Notes under the pieces: generated by a model | What the model was told of the DNA's origin: nothing | Databases searched by the model: none | The model's input: only the letters and a program-made list of their open reading frames with translations | NCBI GenBank assembly: GCA_963786935.1 | Contig: CAWBAN010000001.1 | Location: forward strand, 1,440,001 to 1,504,000 | DNA from: an uncultured bacterium | Lineage (GTDB): Bacteria; Krumholzibacteriota; Krumholzibacteriia; Krumholzibacteriales; Krumholzibacteriaceae | DNA: 64,000 nucleotides | Direction: 5' to 3' | Shown here: piece after piece, positions 17,674-27,114 of the stretch | How positions within the stretch are numbered: position 1 is the first letter of the stretch | Layout of the letters: every line of letters starts with the position of its first letter | Position numbers and translations under genes: made by a program

Positions 17674-18446
17674 GCGCGTTTCATCTCAACCTGACGATCG
17701 ACATTCTCGACATCATCATCGTCGCGTTTCTCTTCTACCGGCTCTTCCTCCTCATCAGGGGAACGAGAGCCGCGCAGATGTTCATCGGCCTCTTTCTCCT
17801 CATCGTCGTCTCCTTCGTGGCGCGATGGCTCAACATGAACGCGCTGAACTGGATCCTCTCGAGCCTCAAGACGGTCTGGGTCGTCGCCTTCGTGATCCTG
17901 TTCCAGCCGGAGCTCCGGCGCGCCCTGTCGCTCCTCGGGCAGAACCGCATCATCGGGTATTTCCTCAAGGTCGAGGAGTCGAGCACGGTGAGCGAGATCG
18001 TCAAGGCGTGCCACCAGCTCACCCAGGCCGGCCTCGGCGCGATCATCGTCATCGAGAAGGACGTCGGCCTGCGGAACTATATCGAGACGGGGACGACGCT
18101 CGACGCCCGCGTCTCGGCCGAGCTGATCGTCACGATCTTCACCGCGCCGAGCCCGCTCCACGACGGCGCCGTCATCATCGAGAAGAACCGGATCGTGGCC
18201 GCCGGCTGCATCCTGCCTCTGTCCCAGAATCCGCGCCTCACGTCGTCGCTCGGCACGAGGCACCGCGCCGGGCTCGGCCTGAGCGAGGAAACCGACGCGG
18301 TCGTCGTCATCGCGAGCGAGGAAACGAAGACCATCTCGCTCGCGGTCGGCGGCAAGCTCAAGCGCAAGCTCGATATCAACACGCTCCGTAACGATCTCGT
18401 CGGCATGATCGGCATCAAGGCCGAGGACACGGCTTCCGCTTCCTGA
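17670..18446 (+). CDS. cdaA: Diadenylate cyclase CdaA
   Basis: Three TM segments, FQPELRRAL, PLHDGA, GTRHRAG, SEET. Confidence 0.95.
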   Translation: MSAFHLNLTIDILDIIIVAFLFYRLFLLIRGTRAAQMFIGLFLLIVVSFVARWLNMNALNWILSSLKTVWVVAFVILFQPELRRALSLLGQNRIIGYFLKVEESSTVSEIVKACHQLTQAGLGAIIVIEKDVGLRNYIETGTTLDARVSAELIVTIFTAPSPLHDGAVIIEKNRIVAAGCILPLSQNPRLTSSLGTRHRAGLGLSEETDAVVVIASEETKTISLAVGGKLKRKLDINTLRNDLVGMIGIKAEDTASAS

Positions 18447-18682
18447 AAAAGGGAGGAGTGCAGGCCTTCCGCATCCCCACATCCGCCTCACCGCCGGCCG
18501 ACACTCCTCTTCCCTTCAGACTCGATCGCTTCCCGGACAGGCAAAAGGAATGCCGCCGCGCGTCCGCGACGCGCGAATTTCCAATCGATGGCGCGGGAAT
18601 GAGTTGCGGAAGGGGCCGCCTCGAACGAACGGCGTGGATGGGCCGGCGGCGCGTGAACGCCGGCGACGCGGCGCGCACGGCG

Positions 18683-20227
18683 TTACCGCCGGATTCTGCC
18701 GTTCAGAACGAGGTGCTCGACGTGCGAGACGACGTCCTGATCGAATTTCTCTCGCTGGCTCTTGAGCTGATCGATGCTCTCTTCAAGGGAATAGGCGCGC
18801 CGGTAGGGGCGATCGCTCGTCATGGCGTCGAAGCTGTCGGCCACGGCGACGATACGGGCCCCGAGGGAAATCTCGCTCCCCTTGAGGTGATCCGGGTAAC
18901 CCTTCCCGTCGAGCCGCTCGTGGTGATGGCGGACGAGGTCGCACGCCTGCTCGAGGAACTTCATGTTCTTGATGATATTCGCCCCGACCTCGGGATGGCT
19001 CCTGACGATGTCCCACTCCTGTTCGGTGAGCTCTCCCGGCTTGTTGAGAATGTTCTCGTACACGCCGAGCTTGCCGATGTCGTGGAGCGCGGCGCCGAAG
19101 CTCACGATCTCGACGTCGCGTTTCGGCAGATGCATCTCCTCGGCGATCATGCGGGCGTACTCGGCGACGCGGTCGGTGTGGCCCCGCGTGTACGCGTCCT
19201 TCGCCTCGATCGTCGAGACGAGCAGCTTGATCGTCGACAGGTAGGTCGCCTGCAGCTCGGCGTAGAGCCTCGCGTTTTCGAGGCCGGTCGCGGCCGACGT
19301 GCAGATCGACTTGAACAGCTCGAGCTCGTCGTGGGAATACTCCTGTCGGTTCACCTTTCCGCCGATGAACACGATCCCGATGAGCCGCGATTTCACGATG
19401 AGGGGATACCCGTAATCGAATCCGAAACGCGTGAGAAAATCAGCCTCGCGTTTCGCGTCCTCCGGGAACTCCGCGCCGCCGAGCCTGACGCACGCCTGCT
19501 TGCCGAGAAGATACGCCGACAGGGCGATCTCGCGCGAGAGCCGCACCGACTGGAGCACGCCGTTGGAAACGCTGCTGCCCCCCGCGTACGACAGGTAGCC
19601 GTCCATCTCGTCCAACGCGTAAAAGAGCGCCACCGAGCCCACGCCGAGCTGTCCGAGGACGGTCAGGCAGAAGACGCGGATGAGATCGTCGGGATCGCGG
19701 AGCCGGTTGAGATCCTGGCTGAGGCCCGACAGGGAGCGCATGTCGAGGACCTTCTTCTTGAGCTCGCGGTTGATCCGCGAATAATCGGCGTGCCCGCGGA
19801 GCACCTCCCCCTCGAGCTGCAGATTCTGCTCGCGGAGGTTGTTCTTGCGGCTCGCCTGTGCGAGGTAGTTCTCGATCTTGACGAGCATCTCCTTGAGGGA
19901 AAACGGCTTTTTGAGATAATCCTGCGCGCCCGCCCGAAGCCCCTTGACCATCGAATCCTGGATCGAATTCGCCGAAATCATGATAACCGGCACGTCGCGA
20001 TGGACGTCCCGCGCGCGGATCGAATCGCAGACCTCGAAGCCGTCCTTCCCGGGCAGCGCGACGTCGAGCACGACGAGATCCGGCTGGAAGCTGTCGTACT
20101 TCTCGAGCGCCGCGTCCCCGTCGGAGGCCGATTCGGTCGCGTACCCCTTGTTCCGCAGGCACTCGGTCAATATCTCGATGACGTTGGGGTCGTCGTCGAC
20201 GACCAGGATGCTTCCGTTGCCGCTCAC
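18683..20227 (-). CDS. Response regulator with GAF and HD-GYP domains
   Basis: N-terminal receiver (VVDDD, LDVALP, KPF); GHTDRV, LHDIGK, HHERLDGKGYP, VADSFDAM intact. Confidence 0.92.
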   Translation of the reverse strand: MSGNGSILVVDDDPNVIEILTECLRNKGYATESASDGDAALEKYDSFQPDLVVLDVALPGKDGFEVCDSIRARDVHRDVPVIMISANSIQDSMVKGLRAGAQDYLKKPFSLKEMLVKIENYLAQASRKNNLREQNLQLEGEVLRGHADYSRINRELKKKVLDMRSLSGLSQDLNRLRDPDDLIRVFCLTVLGQLGVGSVALFYALDEMDGYLSYAGGSSVSNGVLQSVRLSREIALSAYLLGKQACVRLGGAEFPEDAKREADFLTRFGFDYGYPLIVKSRLIGIVFIGGKVNRQEYSHDELELFKSICTSAATGLENARLYAELQATYLSTIKLLVSTIEAKDAYTRGHTDRVAEYARMIAEEMHLPKRDVEIVSFGAALHDIGKLGVYENILNKPGELTEQEWDIVRSHPEVGANIIKNMKFLEQACDLVRHHHERLDGKGYPDHLKGSEISLGARIVAVADSFDAMTSDRPYRRAYSLEESIDQLKSQREKFDQDVVSHVEHLVLNGRIRR

Positions 20228-20242
20228 GTGATCGATTTCCTC

Positions 20243-22087
20243 CTACGGCGTCGCCACGGTCTGGTACACCGATTGCGCTATTTCCTTCTCCATGATTCGC
20301 GCGAAATGCATGATGACCTCGCGGTCATACCGCAGCCCGTAATTCTCCTTGAGCGCGCCGAGCGCCTCGCGCTCCGAGAGCGCGGGTCTCGTCGGGCGCT
20401 CGTGTATCATCGCGGCGTAGCTCTCGATGACCGATATGATCCGCGAGCCGAGGGGGATTTCCTTGCCGCGCAGGCCGTACGGGTATCCCTCGCCGTTGAA
20501 CCGCTCGTGGTGCGTCCGCACGATGCCGATGACGTGATCGCTGAACTTCATCCGCGACAGCATCTCGGCCCCGTCCTCGGGGTGCCGCTTGATGATCTCC
20601 CACTCTTCCTTCGTGAGGTCGCGCGGGCTTCGCAGGATGAGGTCGCTCACCTTCACCATGCCCATGTCCCGGAGCACCGTGCCGTAGACCAGATCCTTGA
20701 AATGCTCCTCCGGATAATCCATGTTCTTCGCCACCATGCCCACGTATCGGGAGACGATCTCGGACGTCCCCTTGAGAAGCGTGTTTTCCTCGATGATCGA
20801 GATGAGCGTCTTGACGATGCCGAGCGTGCGTTCATGCTCCCGGTCGAACATCATCGCGTTGTCGTACGCCCCCTGGGCGATGTTGACGAGAATGCGCAGG
20901 AACTCGAAGTCCTCCTGCTTCATGCCTCTGCCGGCGATTCGCTTGCCGAGCAGCACGATTCCCGATATCCCGTCCTTCGTCCGGAACGGGCACACGTATT
21001 CGATTCCCTCGTTCTTGATGACGGCCCTGGCGCGCTCGTCCATCGGGAATCCGTCGACCGGGATCACGTTATTCTCCCCCGTCGCCTTCAGAATGGCGTC
21101 GGCGGGCACGTCGAGGCGCATGAGCGCATCGGGCTCGAAGCCCTTCGACATCGTCGGCTTGAAGGATTTCCCCTGATTTTCGAGAAATACGGCCGATTCG
21201 ACCCCCCCCTGCGCGATCGCGGTGAGGAGGAATATGTCGAGGAGCTTCCGGCGGTCCCAGATCGCGTTGAAATCGGCGCTGATCGAGAAGAGCGTCTTGA
21301 GCTCGAGGATGCGCCGCCGGAGCTGCCGGTTGAGATCGACGATCGCTTCGTCATCCTTTTTCTGCGGCGGCTGCTCGGCGGGCTTCCTTCCGGGCCCGCG
21401 GCTCAATGCGGGAAGCGCGGCGGCGGACGGCCCGCTGAATATCTCGGCGATGATCTCTTCGGCGTCCTCGTCGATTTCAGGATCGGCTGAAGCGGACGGA
21501 GCCGGTTCGGCCGGGCCCGGCTGCGATGCGGCGACGACGTTGTCGTACGGCATCAGGATCACGCCCGGCGCGGCGGGCGTCGGCGCGACGTCCGCGCTCG
21601 GCGCTGCATTCGGCGGCGCCGCGCTCACCGGCGGCGCTGCATTCGGCGGCGCGGGGCTCGCCGGAGCCGCGGCGGATTCCGCCGGGGCGCCCGCCCGGGT
21701 CGCGGACGGCTTGCCGGCGGCGTCGAGCGCTTCCGCGAGCGAGCGATGGATCGAAACGGACCGCTCGCCGTCCTGGAGGAATTGCGCGATGATGTCGTTC
21801 GTGACGGCGAACCGCACATCGCCGCCCTTCGAGACGAGCGCGTCGACGAAATCGCGGAGAATTTTGGCGACGCCGCCGCCGAGCGACGAGAGCTCGGAGA
21901 AATCGAAGATGACGGCGCGCAGATCCCGTTTGAGGCATTCCTCGACGAGGCGCTGCACCTTGGCGTTCTCGTGGAAGCCGAGCTTCCCCTCGATCCGGAA
22001 CGCGGCGACGCCCGGGATGCCTGATTCGACCCTTTCGAATTTCGTTCTCACCATCGGATTGTTCCCTGCCGCGAAGCGGTCACTCAA
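20243..22087 (-). CDS. STAS + Pro/Ala linker + GAF + degenerate HD-GYP protein (start may be 22054)
   Basis: STAS-like N-terminus; HHERFNGEGYP present but HD replaced by RD (LRDMG). Confidence 0.8.
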   Translation of the reverse strand: MSDRFAAGNNPMVRTKFERVESGIPGVAAFRIEGKLGFHENAKVQRLVEECLKRDLRAVIFDFSELSSLGGGVAKILRDFVDALVSKGGDVRFAVTNDIIAQFLQDGERSVSIHRSLAEALDAAGKPSATRAGAPAESAAAPASPAPPNAAPPVSAAPPNAAPSADVAPTPAAPGVILMPYDNVVAASQPGPAEPAPSASADPEIDEDAEEIIAEIFSGPSAAALPALSRGPGRKPAEQPPQKKDDEAIVDLNRQLRRRILELKTLFSISADFNAIWDRRKLLDIFLLTAIAQGGVESAVFLENQGKSFKPTMSKGFEPDALMRLDVPADAILKATGENNVIPVDGFPMDERARAVIKNEGIEYVCPFRTKDGISGIVLLGKRIAGRGMKQEDFEFLRILVNIAQGAYDNAMMFDREHERTLGIVKTLISIIEENTLLKGTSEIVSRYVGMVAKNMDYPEEHFKDLVYGTVLRDMGMVKVSDLILRSPRDLTKEEWEIIKRHPEDGAEMLSRMKFSDHVIGIVRTHHERFNGEGYPYGLRGKEIPLGSRIISVIESYAAMIHERPTRPALSEREALGALKENYGLRYDREVIMHFARIMEKEIAQSVYQTVATP

Positions 22088-22322
22088 GGACCTTGACCAC
22101 CTCTTCTTCCTGAGCGAGCCAGCGGTCGAGAACGCTCCTCAGGAAGCGCCATTCGCTTCCGACCTTCTTCGCCGGTATTTTCTTTTCCTTGGCCAGCCGG
22201 CAAACGGTCTTCACATGCATCTTGAGGTACTCCGCCGCCTCGACCGACGTCATGACCTCGGTCGCGTCGTCATGGCCTCCGATGATGATGCTGCCGTAAT
22301 CGTGCTGATGCTGACTAGACAT
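22080..22322 (-). CDS. Excisionase-family (HTH_17) DNA-binding protein
   Basis: MTSVEAAEYLKMHVKTVCRLAKEKKIPAKKVGSEWRF; GAGGTG RBS. Confidence 0.85.
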   Translation of the reverse strand: MSSQHQHDYGSIIIGGHDDATEVMTSVEAAEYLKMHVKTVCRLAKEKKIPAKKVGSEWRFLRSVLDRWLAQEEEVVKVLE

Positions 22323-22378
22323 TGCCACCTCTCTCCGTTGGTGGTCCGACCTCGCCCCTGCCCGAGAGATCGGTCCGC

Positions 22379-23992
22379 TCATGAATGCACACGCGGGACC
22401 GTTACCTCCTGATCGCTCCCCTGCCCACCATCCTCGTATGTACCTGCTTCCTCCGGGCCGCCTTCGATGCCCCGAAGAGAGCTCGTGATTCGCAGCAGAA
22501 GATCCGTATCGATGATCGGGAACTCCTCTTCCCCGAGATTCAACGTCATGCGCGCAAGCGACGCCCATGATCCTTCCGTCACCTGTTCCGCGAGGCAATC
22601 GACCGTGCGGCCCGCGCCGTCGATGAGGAGGCCGAACCGCTTCTCGGCCCGGCCGATGACGAGCACGCGATCGGCCTTCCCGGACGACTCGAATTCGTCG
22701 ACCACGGCGATCTCCTCGAGCGCGTACACGGGCACGCGCCCGCCCGCGACGGTCACGGAGCGCCCCCCCGAATCGCGACCGGACTCGATCGCGTCCGTGC
22801 CGACCGTCGAATCGATCGCGTGCGCCGGCACGGCGATCTTCTTGCCCGACGCGTTGCAGATGCGGTAATCGGTCCTCCCGTTCGCGCGCGGGAGGGTGAA
22901 CATGAACCGCCCCTCGCTTCCACCCCCCGGCTCGATCCAAAGGAGCGAGCCGAATCCCTCGAGCCGGCTCCGGATTTCCCTGAAGCATGGATAGAACGCG
23001 CCCGCGTCGTCGCGGTCGATCTTCGAATCGCACAGGAAATCGGGGGCGTTGTCCTGTATCTTCACGACGAGGAACGAGCCCTCGGCCCGTATGTCGACGC
23101 CGATCGCGAGCGACAGGTCGTCGCGGACTTCGTTCCGCTTGCAGATATCGAATATGCACCTGATGAGCACGGCGGCGAGCGCGGTCGCGTTCTCGCGGTC
23201 GAGCGTGCATTCGACGCAGCGCGTCGCGAGCCGGGCGTTCCAGCGCCGGAGCTTCAGGTATGCGCCGAAGAAATCCTTCAGCCCGTCGAGCACGACATCG
23301 CCCGATATCCGCGCCGTGAAGGGCTTCGTGCTCTTTCCCACCATGCGCACCGTCTCCGCCGCGAGCCCCATGTAGAATTCGCTTTCGCCGAACGCCGCCT
23401 CGAGATCGCGCACCGACTTTTCCCCGCGGCTCGGCTTGTCGATGAACTCCTGGAACATGTCACGGACCGCGGCGAGCGATTCCATCAGCCGCGTGAACGT
23501 CGGAACGTGCTCCCGATCCGCCGCGCCGTCCTCCGCGGGACGTCTCTCGCCCGCCGGTGCGGGGGCGATCGTCAGCGTTTCCGCGGCCTGCTCCTGCGGC
23601 TCGTTCGTGAGGCACTCGATCTCTTTCAACAGGCCCTCGAACTGCTCGTGACGGCCGAGCTCCTCGAGCTCGCCCGCGAGAATCTCCGCGACGATCTGCT
23701 CCTCGATCTCGAGGATCTCCGATACGAGCGTGGCGAGCTGCTCGTCCCAGCACCGTCCCGCGGTCGCCGAGCGCTCCATGAGGTCGCGGAACGCCTTGAG
23801 CGTCCTGCTCCAATCGGCGAGCTCGAGCATGCGCGTGCTCCCCTCGAGGAGACGCGTCGAGAGGCATGCCCGGCGGATCGGCTGCTCGCCGAAGCGAGCG
23901 CCCGAGGAGAAGCCCATGAGGTCGTTGAGCTTCTCGATGTGGTCGTTGACCTGCTCGCCGAACAGACGCCTGTTATCTTCGTTCAGTATCAC
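22379..23992 (-). CDS. Degenerate CheA-like protein (Hpt-like, HATPase-like, CheW-like)
   Basis: STRLLEGSTRML aligns to Hpt HxxKGS without His; IQDNAPD and GGSEGRFMFTLP resemble HATPase boxes; C-terminal CheW-like region. Start uncertain (23992-24004). Confidence 0.6.
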   Translation of the reverse strand: MILNEDNRRLFGEQVNDHIEKLNDLMGFSSGARFGEQPIRRACLSTRLLEGSTRMLELADWSRTLKAFRDLMERSATAGRCWDEQLATLVSEILEIEEQIVAEILAGELEELGRHEQFEGLLKEIECLTNEPQEQAAETLTIAPAPAGERRPAEDGAADREHVPTFTRLMESLAAVRDMFQEFIDKPSRGEKSVRDLEAAFGESEFYMGLAAETVRMVGKSTKPFTARISGDVVLDGLKDFFGAYLKLRRWNARLATRCVECTLDRENATALAAVLIRCIFDICKRNEVRDDLSLAIGVDIRAEGSFLVVKIQDNAPDFLCDSKIDRDDAGAFYPCFREIRSRLEGFGSLLWIEPGGGSEGRFMFTLPRANGRTDYRICNASGKKIAVPAHAIDSTVGTDAIESGRDSGGRSVTVAGGRVPVYALEEIAVVDEFESSGKADRVLVIGRAEKRFGLLIDGAGRTVDCLAEQVTEGSWASLARMTLNLGEEEFPIIDTDLLLRITSSLRGIEGGPEEAGTYEDGGQGSDQEVTVPRVHS

Positions 23993-24005
23993 CAAGCGGC
24001 GCACC

Positions 24006-25901
24006 TCATCTCTGTACCGGGCTCTCCTCGACGTACTCGACGGCGCCGAGGTCGAAAAGATCGTGAACGGGATCGTCGTCGCGTTTTTCGGCGGCCGGCG
24101 TCGATTCCGCGGCCGGCTCGAACGCGACTTCGGGCTCTTCACGCGGCGTTGCGGGCGCCGCCGCCTGCACCGTGACGTCCACCTGCCCCGCATCTTCCTC
24201 CACGTCCGCCTTCTCGACTTCCACGGTGCGCCATGCGCGCTCGGACGCGCCGTCGAGATTCCTCAGGGACGTCATATCGGAAAAATCGGACGATTGTTTC
24301 TCTCGCGGCTGCTCGGTCTGCGGCTTCGGCTCCGTTTTCCGCTCGGGTTCCGCCGCCTGCGCGAACGCCGCCCTCATCTCGTCGAGATTCTCGAACGAAA
24401 AGCTCTGCTCCTCGCCGGCGCCGCCCGCGGCCGTTTCGCGGGACGCTCCCCGCGCGCCCACACCGCCCCACGACGAGCCGTGATCGATAACGAGGCCGGC
24501 ATCGTCCGCCGAATCGGCGGCGGGAGCCGTGTCGGCCGCGACGGGCCGCGCATCCGGAGCGCTCGCCGGTTCGGCCGCGGCGGCCGGCCGCGATTCCTTC
24601 CGCCCGTCTCCCAGCAGAAGCTCGTGCACGTCGTGCAGCTCGCTTCCGAGACCCATGATCCGCGTTTCGAGCGCGGCGCTTCGCCCTTCGATCCGCCGCG
24701 CGATTTCCACGATGGCGCCGGAAACGTCCGCGCCGACGGGTGGCCCGTCGACGTCGGCGGACATGCCGGAACACTCTTTGATCGCGTAGCAGTTACCGAG
24801 AAGCCCCTGGGCGATGGTCGAAACGCCGCCGCTCAGCTTATGGAAGCGCTCGGCGGTCGAGCGAACGCGCTCCGCGAACGTCGCCAGGGCGTGCTCGTCC
24901 ACGTCGCCGCGCGCCGCCATGAGCGCGAGCTGTATCGCGATCCCGTTGTTTTCCTCGGAGAACTCGTGCAGCGCGCGGCCGCCTTCCTCGAGCTTGCGGA
25001 CGGCGCCTTCCATGTCGACGACGGTCGACTTGAGCGTTCCCTTCCGCGAGCCGGCTGCGTCCTTCGGAGCCGCCGCGCGCCCTCGGGCGTCGGCGCCGAT
25101 GCGCTCCGCGACGCTCGTGAGCTCGGCGACGGCGTTCGTGATCGCGAGCAGCTCTTCTCCGGCGCCGCTGATCGCCTCCATCGCCTTGCCGTAGGCGAGG
25201 GCGGCCTGGCCGTACGCCCGGCGCTCCCGCGCGTTCCGCTGTTCCAGCTCCGCGATGCGCGCGCGGTCGGTTTCGACGCGATCGCGCAGCTTGTCGTAAA
25301 TCGAACCGGCGTCGCTCCCCTCGGGCGCGTCCCCCGCGGCGGCGTTTCCGCCGAGCAGGCTCTCGATCTCCGATTTGAGGTCGGCGTAGTTCGACACGGT
25401 GTCCTTCGTCCCGAGATCCTGGGAAATCTCGCGAATCTGATCGCCGTAGCTCCGCAGCACCGCCTGAAGCTCGGGATACGGGGAGAGCCGCGCGATCTGC
25501 GCCGGATTCGTGAGATCGTCGATGCTTTCGGCGAGCGATATCATCGAGCGGTAGTCCTGCCCCGAGTCGAGATAGAATTTATAGCGATGCACCGCGGACG
25601 CGATGAGGAAATACGCGAAGAGAGAAACGATGACGACGGCCGCCGCGAGCGGCGCCATGTCGTTGACGAAGAGCATCGAATTGACGGTCCAGCCGCTCGT
25701 CCCCGACTCGATCCACTTGAGATCGACGTCGTAGAAGCTCACGAGGTAATACCCCACCCCAAGGCTCATGAACACAAGAAGAAGAGACACGAATATCCCT
25801 ATTTTCCAGGGCGACGTGAGGACCGGCCGCTTGCTCCCGCCCCCGTTCTTCTTCGCCTTCGACTTCTTGTTCTTCTTCACCTTTATCTCCTTCATCGTCA
25901 T
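24006..25901 (-). CDS. Two-TM degenerate methyl-accepting chemotaxis-like protein
   Basis: SEENNGIAIQLALMAARG...LATFAERVRSTAER echoes the MCP tip QTNLLALNAAIEAARAG...FAVVAEEVRKLA; acidic disordered tail. Confidence 0.6.
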   Translation of the reverse strand: MTMKEIKVKKNKKSKAKKNGGGSKRPVLTSPWKIGIFVSLLLVFMSLGVGYYLVSFYDVDLKWIESGTSGWTVNSMLFVNDMAPLAAAVVIVSLFAYFLIASAVHRYKFYLDSGQDYRSMISLAESIDDLTNPAQIARLSPYPELQAVLRSYGDQIREISQDLGTKDTVSNYADLKSEIESLLGGNAAAGDAPEGSDAGSIYDKLRDRVETDRARIAELEQRNARERRAYGQAALAYGKAMEAISGAGEELLAITNAVAELTSVAERIGADARGRAAAPKDAAGSRKGTLKSTVVDMEGAVRKLEEGGRALHEFSEENNGIAIQLALMAARGDVDEHALATFAERVRSTAERFHKLSGGVSTIAQGLLGNCYAIKECSGMSADVDGPPVGADVSGAIVEIARRIEGRSAALETRIMGLGSELHDVHELLLGDGRKESRPAAAAEPASAPDARPVAADTAPAADSADDAGLVIDHGSSWGGVGARGASRETAAGGAGEEQSFSFENLDEMRAAFAQAAEPERKTEPKPQTEQPREKQSSDFSDMTSLRNLDGASERAWRTVEVEKADVEEDAGQVDVTVQAAAPATPREEPEVAFEPAAESTPAAEKRDDDPVHDLFDLGAVEYVEESPVQR

Positions 25902-26116
25902 ATGCAACACGAACGGTCCGGTTCGCTCTTCCGGCGTTCAGAAAGCTCGTAATTCGTGGTCGATGCGGCAGTTCGCAAGTATTATGCCAGGGGTCGCCGG
26001 GCACCAAACTGCCGCTCCTATAAGGTGTTATGAGGAATTTCGAAGGAAAAATAGGGATAGGGCGCAGCAATGCGCGGCGGGCGCTTTGCGTTTTGCATGG
26101 ATGCGCGCGGGGCCGA

Positions 26117-26920
26117 TCAGCGCCGGGCGCGGACGAGGGAACGGTAGAGCCGCGGCGCGCGGTCCCTGAAGAGATGGTTGTTCGGCGTGAAATTCTTGTC
26201 GTCCGCCGCCGCGACGTCCACCTCGACGACCCGGAGCGACTCGCTGCGGTCGCTCGCGGAGGCGAGCACCTCCCCCGCCGGTCCCACGATCTGGCTCCCG
26301 CCGGTGAAGGAGAGGGACACGTCTCCGCGTCGTTCGCTCCCGATGCGGTTCGCCGTGATCGCGAAGACGCGGTTCTCGATGCAGCGCGTCTTCATCGCGT
26401 CCTGCGCGTACGGGAGCACGAGGTTCGACGGATGGCAGAGAATGTGCGCCCCTTCGAGCGCGAGCGCGCGGGATATCTCGGGGAAGACCCAATCGAAGCA
26501 GATGAGCATCCCGAGCTTCGCCTCGCCGGCCGAGACGACCTTCAGCGACGAGCCTCTCGCGAAGAAGAGCTTTTCGCGGTCGAAGAGATGCGCCTTCTGG
26601 TAGACCTCGACCTTCCCCTTCGGCGAGACGAAGACCGCGGAGTTGTAGAACTTCCCCCGCTGCTTCTGCGCGACGCCGAACACGAGGTTCAAGCGCTTCC
26701 GCTTGGCCAGCTTCAGCATCTCGGACACCGTGTATCCCCCGGGGACGGCTTCGGCGAGAGACGAGAGCTCTTCCTCGTTCCGGAAGAGGTATCCTGTGTT
26801 GAACAGCTCGGGGAGCACGATCGTCGCGTCGGAGATCCTGTCGAGCACCGCCGCCGCCTTGCGGACGTTCTCCCTGACCTCCCCGAACCGCGGATGCATT
26901 TGCAGAAAACCGATTCGCAT
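26117..26920 (-). CDS. Nitrilase/carbon-nitrogen hydrolase family protein
   Basis: E-K-C triad in LPELF, YQKAHLF, ICFDW. Confidence 0.9.
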   Translation of the reverse strand: MRIGFLQMHPRFGEVRENVRKAAAVLDRISDATIVLPELFNTGYLFRNEEELSSLAEAVPGGYTVSEMLKLAKRKRLNLVFGVAQKQRGKFYNSAVFVSPKGKVEVYQKAHLFDREKLFFARGSSLKVVSAGEAKLGMLICFDWVFPEISRALALEGAHILCHPSNLVLPYAQDAMKTRCIENRVFAITANRIGSERRGDVSLSFTGGSQIVGPAGEVLASASDRSESLRVVEVDVAAADDKNFTPNNHLFRDRAPRLYRSLVRARR

Positions 26921-27042
26921 CCCTTTCCCTCCGTTTTGTGTGGCCGCGCCGGACCGCGCACGGCGCAGGCTCGAATTATAGCAGATAACTCGTCGCAAAA
27001 CATCGGCTTATTGAAAACGGGGCGCGGAGGCCGCGTGCCGCG

Positions 27043-27058
27043 TGGCATGGAGCTTGCA
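27043..27058 (+). promoter_or_regulatory. Sigma54 (-24/-12) promoter
   Basis: TGGCATG-GAGC-TTGCA with exact GG-N10-GC spacing, 57 nt before ATG 27115. Confidence 0.7.
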
Positions 27059-27114
27059 CGAATCGAGGCGGATATCGGTTCATGCATCGTGCGCTGCATC
27101 AGGAGCGAAGCACC

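Noticed and set aside
18458..21490. Very long alternative-frame ORFs (e.g. 18458-21490 +, 4434-7367 +, 23730-25952 +, 37127-39271 +)
   Set aside because: These are shadow ORFs of high-GC genes, overlapping well-supported CDSs and lacking recognisable motifs.
21595..21655. Short direct repeats GCGCTGCATTCGGCGGCGC
   Set aside because: Only two copies, inside a Pro/Ala coding linker. Not a CRISPR array, and none was seen in the window.
22080..22322. Excisionase-like HTH as a sign of a prophage or integrative element
   Set aside because: No integrase, phage genes or att repeats nearby. It sits inside a signalling operon, so it is more likely a regulator.
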